Source: a virus
Lineage: Duplodnaviria > Caudoviricetes
IMG/VR virus record: IMGVR_UViG_3300037851_000103
Coordinates: 1-64,000 of that record
Length of the DNA: 64,000 bases
Direction: 5' to 3' (one strand)
The position numbers and the translations under genes were made by a program. Positions within the stretch are counted from its first letter, which is position 1. Each line of letters starts with the position of its first letter. Below the pieces are notes generated by a model that was not told the DNA's origin, ran no database searches, and was given only the letters and a program-made list of their open reading frames with translations. Below are positions 58,536-64,000 of the stretch, in pieces.

Positions 58536-60458
58536 ATGACTGTTAGATATAGAGATAAAACAGTTGGGCATATACATAATGATCCTATTTATATTACCCA
58601 AGCTGATGCTAGTTCTGAATTAAAAATCGGTCAAGTTGTGTATCTAGATGCCTGTGGGAAATTCTTGCCTGCGATGGCTATTGTTGGAAAAAGCAATGTT
58701 GTTGGAGTCGTTTGGTCTATTGAATCCCCGCATTCTTTTTATTTAAAACAAACTCCTGGTCCTTTAATGTATCGTTTTCCATTAACAAAAGAATATTTTG
58801 CGATGATTGGGGATAAAGTAATAGAAAATCAACCAAGTTCTGAAAAAATTCCTGGTGATATTGGGGCAAACTTATATCTAAGCGCAACTGAAGCAGGAAG
58901 TATTACAAATGTTCCTGCTATTTCAGGTGGCGATATTAGCTGTACTAATACTTTAGTTGGCACAAAAATGCCATATGGGTGGCTTTTTGATCCTAAAGTT
59001 TCTTGTAAAGATGCATTGGGTGTATATTGCAATACTATATTGTTAGGTTATATATCAGGAATGACATTTTCTACTATTGCATTTGATTGCAATGAATGTG
59101 ATTTAACGATCAAAGGTACGATTTGTGCATCATTTGATTATTATTACTGCGCCCAATCCTATGCATTAAATGATGCTTTGCCATATGGTGAATGTGGTGA
59201 TTTAACGTTTGCCTTATCTGGAAATGGATTAACTATTTCTGGTACATCTGAAAATACTGCTTATATGATCTATATAAGAGATTCCAATAATGTAAGTTAT
59301 ACATTTACATTAATGTGCGATCCTGATTTTATTGTGATTCCTGGTCCTGCTGGCCCCGCTGGTCCTCCTGGTGTTACTGGTCCTGCTGGCCCCGCTGGTC
59401 CTGCTGGTGCAACTGGTCCTGTTGGTCCCGCTGGCCCTCCTGGCCCTCCTGGGGCAAATGGCGCAATTGGCCCTTCTGGTCCTAAAGGGGATAAGGGAGA
59501 TAAAGGAACAAATGGAACAAATGGCGTATGTCTAGAATGTGTTGACGTGTTAAATTATGGTTGTGGATTATCATTAACTGAAACTGATGATGGCGCATTA
59601 TTATATAATTCTGGATTGGTTGATATTGAACATCCAGAAACCTGTACTGCCGAATTTAGTGTTGTTGGTGGGTTATCGACTACTATTACTGATGATGGTT
59701 GCAAAAATTTGGCATATGCTAATAAAGGCATTAATTTTAATGTTCCTACCTCATTTGTAGGAGGGGCTACCTTATTAATAAAAACAACTTCTGCAACTTG
59801 TCCAAATATTGAATTATATGGTGGCAGATTATTTGGCACTACTTGTACTGGTGGTATTAATGAAGATGGCTGTGCGGGAGATAAATATCAAGCTAAAATT
59901 AAAGGTGAAATTGGTATTGACGTAATACAAACAGCTAACCCAACGAATCCTAGTGTAACAATATCTACTGTGTTAGATTGTGCATATATTGAAATTCCAA
60001 CTCCAAAAATAAATAAACAACCTGCTGGGGTCGCCATTAGTCCTGGTCAAGAATTAGTTAGCGCAATAGATAACGGTGGAAATTGTGATTATAATTCTAC
60101 AATAAAAACGTTTCCTGGGCTTGGATTAAATCCATTAGACGAAACATTAAAATTTGGGGTATCAACAGTTGGCACTAATCTTATGTTTGATAATGGAAAA
60201 ATTAATTTAACGACTAAAAAATTTCCAAATATTTCAGATGGTAATGGTACTCCAGTTTCAACTCCAGATAAGTATATAACAAAAGTTACTATTAATCAAA
60301 CTGATGCTACTAATTATAAACTTGATTATGAATACACGGATTCAGTTTTAAAAGATCCTGTTATAGCTGGGGAAGGATGTGCGATTATTGGTGTTACTAA
60401 AGGTGCTGAACAAAATTATATATTTACCAGAGGCAATGTATGTTGTACATATACTTGA
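58536..60458 (+). CDS. Cys-rich virion protein with collagen-like triple-helix segment
   Basis: N-terminal LKIGQVVY...[12 protein letters not shown] (capsid-cement/fibre-like beta motif); 20 Gly-X-Y triplets; AAGGA SD. Confidence 0.75.
   Translation: MTVRYRDKTVGHIHNDPIYITQADASSELKIGQVVYLDACGKFLPAMAIVGKSNVVGVVWSIESPHSFYLKQTPGPLMYRFPLTKEYFAMIGDKVIENQPSSEKIPGDIGANLYLSATEAGSITNVPAISGGDISCTNTLVGTKMPYGWLFDPKVSCKDALGVYCNTILLGYISGMTFSTIAFDCNECDLTIKGTICASFDYYYCAQSYALNDALPYGECGDLTFALSGNGLTISGTSENTAYMIYIRDSNNVSYTFTLMCDPDFIVIPGPAGPAGPPGVTGPAGPAGPAGATGPVGPAGPPGPPGANGAIGPSGPKGDKGDKGTNGTNGVCLECVDVLNYGCGLSLTETDDGALLYNSGLVDIEHPETCTAEFSVVGGLSTTITDDGCKNLAYANKGINFNVPTSFVGGATLLIKTTSATCPNIELYGGRLFGTTCTGGINEDGCAGDKYQAKIKGEIGIDVIQTANPTNPSVTISTVLDCAYIEIPTPKINKQPAGVAISPGQELVSAIDNGGNCDYNSTIKTFPGLGLNPLDETLKFGVSTVGTNLMFDNGKINLTTKKFPNISDGNGTPVSTPDKYITKVTINQTDATNYKLDYEYTDSVLKDPVIAGEGCAIIGVTKGAEQNYIFTRGNVCCTYT
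59343..59525 (+). repeat. collagen-like (Gly-X-Y)20
   Basis: [61 protein letters not shown]. Confidence 0.95.
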
Positions 60459-60472
60459 AAGAGGAATGAATA

Positions 60473-63400
60473 ATGCCTTGTGAATGCTCTGTTGCAACTA
60501 TTTTAGGTTATTTAAATGCAACTTTGGATAATTTTAATACAATTAAAGATTCTATAATAACAAATTGTCCAACCTGGGCAACGGATTATGATTCTGGAAC
60601 TGCGCTATGGAATGCAAAACAATTTGATCTTGGTACGGGGCAACCATCACCATGCACTTTTCAAAAATATGGGCCAAACTGTATTCTTACTGATCATACC
60701 AATACCTTTACTTTTTATGAAGCAGCTACTTATAATCCAACAGACCAAATAGATTTAAATTGTGATGATGGTACATGCTCTCATTTACCAGATGCTTTAC
60801 TTGTTATAACAGAAGCAATAGAAGCAGTAAATCAATCTATTTGTGAAATATCAGAAGGGGCATTGATAAAACCTGATACTATCAATAGAATTAGAACGGC
60901 AATTGGAAACGTTGCTGATAATTGTATTGTTAGTACAGCATCATCCCCTGAATGTTATGATAATGGTCAATCTGTTGAAGAATTAGAAAGCCCCGAAGAA
61001 TGTTGGACTAAAACAACTTGTTATGACTTATCAATAAAATTTACAACATCTAAAGGGACTAATCCTAATGATTGTGATTGTGATGCGGGTGATTGTGAAG
61101 GAGTATTAGAAGATTGTTCAACGAGAGTAAACAGTGGTGATTATTTTTCCATCAAACATTTTTCGGAATTGGTTTCTGAATCTGGAAAATTAACGGGGAA
61201 ACAATATTGCTGGTGTTGTAATACCGGATCTTCTAGCTCATCTTCAATGTCATCTTCATCTTCAAATTCTTCAAGTTCGTCTAATTCCTCGTCTTCTTCA
61301 TCAAAATCATCTTCTAGTTCATCATCTTCAAGATCATCATCCTCAAGTTCATCATCAAAATCATCTAGTTCATCCTCTTCAAGTGGTCCAAGTTCATCAT
61401 CCTCAAGTTCTTCTAAATCATCTTCTAGTTCATCATCCTCAAGTTCTTCTAAATCATCTTCTAGTTCATCTTCTTCTGCTGTATCATCTTCTAGTTCCTC
61501 TTCTAGTTCATCATTATCATCGTCATCAAAATCTTCAAGCTCTAGTGCAACTAATTGTTGTATTTATAATGGGCCATATACCGATGTTGTATTATCAACT
61601 TTGGGAGCGGGACCATTTTATTGCGGAACCTCACATGAATTAGACTCTGGATATACAAGTTGTAATACTATTCCCTATCAAGATTATTGGGCGTTAGATA
61701 TTTATAGTGGGTTAATTTCTTCGCATCCATTTTCAATTGATACCGAAAATCCTTCTTGTATTGGGCTATTTAAAGCTGTTGAAATATTTTTTAAACGAGA
61801 AGATGGTTTGGAAGAAACCATATCCATAACAGAACTAGATTCAAATAATGAGTATGGTTTTATTATGGGACAGTGCCCTAATGGCGATATTCCAACCCCG
61901 TCTGCCTTTATTTACAATAATCCATTATATGCTAAAAAATTAGAAATTACAAGACTTAGATTTTATGTATATGATGGGGTTTCATTTCAACCAGTATGTC
62001 AGTCTTATCAAGACTGTTCGATAATAATAGAATCTACTGAAAACGTATGCAATTCAGAGTATGAAATAGGAATAGAGACTGCTATTTATTGTGATATTTC
62101 TGATATTCCTGCTTGTTTTAATATATCTTCGTCATCATCATCAAATTCATCGTTATCCTCTAATTCATCTTCGTCATCTTCTAAATCATCTTCTTCTTCC
62201 CATTCATCATTATCATCTTCTAAATCTTCTAAATCATCATCTTCTTCTAGTAATCATGTAAGTTCTAAATCTCCTACTATGACAATTAAAATTCCAGATA
62301 GTAATTTGTGTGGAATATGTCCGTCTAATTTATCGTTGACTTTAACTATTTATTATTTAGTCGATAACATATATGTTCCGTGGACTGGAAATATTGAAAG
62401 TAAAGATTGTTTAGGAGTTTATTATTGGGTTGTGCATGAATTAGAAGATTGTACTACCTATAAAATAATATTGGACGGGTCAGTTTCAACAACCCAAGGA
62501 TGCGGTGATATCACGTTCCATGGCGAACGGTATGTTCAAGTATTATGTGATTGCCCCACAATGTCATCTTCAAAATCATCAAGTTCTTCAAAATCATCAA
62601 GTTCTTCTAAATCATCATCAAGTTCTTCTAAATCATCTAGATCATCATCTTCATCATCCTCAAGCTCTTCTAAATCATCCTCTAAATCATCATCATCCTC
62701 TAAATCATCTTCAACCTCATCTAGTTCATCATCAATTTCATCGTCAAAATCATCATCTTCTAGCTCATCTTCAAAATCTTCTAGTTCTTCACGATCATCA
62801 TCTAAATCCTCTGCATCATCAAGATCATCTTCAAAATCATCAAGATCATCATCTTCAAAATCTTCAAGTTCTAGCGCAAATTCTTATAATTATTCAACTC
62901 CTGGGGTCTATACATTGGAAGTTCCGTCAGGGGTTTCTAATTTAATAGTTATTACAGTTGGTGGTGGTGGTGGCGGTAACGGATCCTCATATTCCGGTGG
63001 TTCTGGTTACGGTATTGTCGGGAGTGGTGCCGGTGCGGGTGAAATAAATAACTCGTCAACTATTTCAGTAACGCCAAGTCAAGTATTATATATTTATGTT
63101 GGGGCCGGAGGTCTTGGAGGGTGTGCAACCCATAAAGTAACATGTACTCCCCCTGATCCTGGGTTTAAAGAAAAAGGTTATGCGGGTGAAGATACCTATG
63201 TTAGATTGAATGATAGCCCATTTACTGAATTTTGTAGATCTGCTGGCGGAAATGCTGGTTCTTCGCAAACGGTAGGGGGGGTTGGTGGGACTGGAAATGG
63301 GGGGACTGCTGGGGCTAATGGGGGAAATGGATATAATCCATTATCAAGTGGTACTTGGTCGGGGCCATTAGGCGGAACAAATGCCCAATATTCTTCATAT

Positions 63401-63496
63401 GGTAAAGGTGGGGATGGGTCATCAATAACAACGGGGACATATGAAGAGGATGGTGAGGATGGAACCGGAGGATATGTAAGTATTCAATTATTTTAA
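60473..63496 (+). CDS. poly-serine, Cys-rich virion/fibre-like protein with C-terminal glycine-rich domain
   Basis: Three Ser tracts separate Cys-rich domains; C-terminal YSTPGVYTLEVPSGVSNLIVITVGGGGGG glycine-rich domain typical of phage fibre tips; GAGGA SD. Confidence 0.8.
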   Translation: MPCECSVATILGYLNATLDNFNTIKDSIITNCPTWATDYDSGTALWNAKQFDLGTGQPSPCTFQKYGPNCILTDHTNTFTFYEAATYNPTDQIDLNCDDGTCSHLPDALLVITEAIEAVNQSICEISEGALIKPDTINRIRTAIGNVADNCIVSTASSPECYDNGQSVEELESPEECWTKTTCYDLSIKFTTSKGTNPNDCDCDAGDCEGVLEDCSTRVNSGDYFSIKHFSELVSESGKLTGKQYCWCCNTGSSSSSSMSSSSSNSSSSSNSSSSSSKSSSSSSSSRSSSSSSSSKSSSSSSSSGPSSSSSSSSKSSSSSSSSSSSKSSSSSSSSAVSSSSSSSSSSLSSSSKSSSSSATNCCIYNGPYTDVVLSTLGAGPFYCGTSHELDSGYTSCNTIPYQDYWALDIYSGLISSHPFSIDTENPSCIGLFKAVEIFFKREDGLEETISITELDSNNEYGFIMGQCPNGDIPTPSAFIYNNPLYAKKLEITRLRFYVYDGVSFQPVCQSYQDCSIIIESTENVCNSEYEIGIETAIYCDISDIPACFNISSSSSSNSSLSSNSSSSSSKSSSSSHSSLSSSKSSKSSSSSSNHVSSKSPTMTIKIPDSNLCGICPSNLSLTLTIYYLVDNIYVPWTGNIESKDCLGVYYWVVHELEDCTTYKIILDGSVSTTQGCGDITFHGERYVQVLCDCPTMSSSKSSSSSKSSSSSKSSSSSSKSSRSSSSSSSSSSKSSSKSSSSSKSSSTSSSSSSISSSKSSSSSSSSKSSSSSRSSSKSSASSRSSSKSSRSSSSKSSSSSANSYNYSTPGVYTLEVPSGVSNLIVITVGGGGGGNGSSYSGGSGYGIVGSGAGAGEINNSSTISVTPSQVLYIYVGAGGLGGCATHKVTCTPPDPGFKEKGYAGEDTYVRLNDSPFTEFCRSAGGNAGSSQTVGGVGGTGNGGTAGANGGNGYNPLSSGTWSGPLGGTNAQYSSYGKGGDGSSITTGTYEEDGEDGTGGYVSIQLF
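61229..61546 (+). repeat. poly-Ser tract 1 (about 106 aa), includes exact 36-nt tandem duplication at 61391-61462
   Basis: Mixed TCT/TCA/TCC/TCG/AGT/AGC codons punctuated mostly by Lys; AGTTCATCATCCTCAAGTTCTTCTAAATCATCTTCT x2. Confidence 0.95.
62126..62272 (+). repeat. poly-Ser tract 2 (about 49 aa)
   Basis: SSSSSSNSSLSSNSSSSSSKSSSSSHSSLSSSKSSKSSSSSSNHVSSKS. Confidence 0.93.
62564..62875 (+). repeat. poly-Ser tract 3 (about 104 aa)
   Basis: Ser runs punctuated by K and R every 3-11 residues. Confidence 0.95.
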
Positions 63497-63510
63497 TTTT
63501 TTTCATAATT

Positions 63511-63519
63511 TGCTATAAT
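63511..63519 (+). promoter_or_regulatory. extended -10 promoter TG-C-TATAAT, probably giving a leaderless mRNA
   Basis: The motif ends 6 nt before ATG 63526; no SD present. Confidence 0.5.
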
Positions 63520-63525
63520 TTAATT

Positions 63526-64000
63526 ATGAGAAAAGTAATTTTGAAAAATCATCAAAGTCCTGGTGATTTAGTAATGTTGTCTGCTTTGGTAAGAGATATT
63601 CAAAAATGTTGCCCTGGACAATATCAAGTTGATTTAGATGTAACATGTAAAGAAATTTTTGAAAATAATCCATATATTACTAAATTAAATCCAAAAGATC
63701 CAGATATTATAAAAATAAATGCAGATTATAATTTAATTCATGATAGCAATAGACGCCCATTTCATTTTATTCATGGATTTATTCAAGATTTTAATGAAAA
63801 AATGGATGAAAAGATATATCCAACTGAATTTAAGGGTGATATTCATTTATCTGGTGATGAAAAAGTATGGTATTCACAAGTTTACGAATTAATTGGAAAA
63901 GATGTTCCCTATTGGATTGTTGTATCTGGTGGGAAACATGATTATACTGCTAAATGGTGGAATCATAATAAATTGCAACAAGTAATTAATTATTTTAAAG
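63526..64000 (+). CDS. glycosyltransferase family 9-like (heptosyltransferase-type GT-B), 3'-truncated (not in ORF track)
   Basis: MRKVILKNHQSPGDLVMLSALVRDIQKCCP...EIFENNPYITKL...YWIVVSGGKHDYTAKWW matches the GT9 GD..., NP.I and IV..G.....K.W motifs; the frame is open to the window end. Confidence 0.8.
   Translation, partial: MRKVILKNHQSPGDLVMLSALVRDIQKCCPGQYQVDLDVTCKEIFENNPYITKLNPKDPDIIKINADYNLIHDSNRRPFHFIHGFIQDFNEKMDEKIYPTEFKGDIHLSGDEKVWYSQVYELIGKDVPYWIVVSGGKHDYTAKWWNHNKLQQVINYFK

Noticed and set aside
61229-62875. CRISPR-like or microsatellite array in the repetitive TCA/TCT region
   Set aside because: There is no repeat-spacer periodicity; it is in-frame coding sequence with mixed synonymous codons.
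61383-62945. His/Leu/Gln-rich ORFs 61383-61643 and 62505-62945
   Set aside because: They are alternate-frame readings of the poly-Ser codons (TCA TCT read as CAT CTT); no SD and fully nested.
123-63506. Many short nested or antisense ORFs in the track (e.g. 8492-8827, 16932-17255, 29797-30243, 33105-33482)
   Set aside because: They shadow well-supported genes on the other strand or frame, and lack motifs and SD sites.
1-64000. tRNA, rRNA or structured ncRNA genes
   Set aside because: The intergenic gaps are short (about 110 nt or less) and AT-rich; the only strong hairpin I noticed is the terminator at 15158.

Overview
This is a 64 kb, very AT-rich, gene-dense virion morphogenesis region of a large T4-related contractile-tailed phage (jumbo-myovirus-like), read with the standard genetic code. 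Gene order: end of a GC-richer fibre/LamG-type gene, virion proteins, neck gp13, an inserted HEXXH protease, gp14, gp15, TerS, then TerL fractured by an atypically split intein with a free-standing Vsr/DUF559-type endonuclease between the halves. Next come sheath gp18, tube gp19, a gp26/gp51-like pair that appears joined by a -1 frameshift, two paralogous tape-measure-like genes, baseplate genes (gp48-, gp53-, gp27-, gp3-, gp5-, gp25-, gp6-like) and several giant baseplate/fibre proteins. A minus-strand cassette (Zn-ribbon, dNMP kinase, ClpP) follows, then a collagen-like protein, a poly-serine Cys-rich protein and a GT9-like glycosyltransferase that runs off the right edge. T4-type late promoters (TATAAATA) precede many genes. 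Best leads: (1) a possible virion-glycosylation system (poly-Ser protein, (GTS)n tags and the adjacent GT9 enzyme); (2) the trans-splicing split-intein terminase; (3) the gp26-gp51 frameshift; (4) a capsid-targeted metalloprotease; (5) apparent leaderless late mRNAs. I saw no tRNA, rRNA or CRISPR array. All family calls come from motif recognition by eye; no database searches were run.
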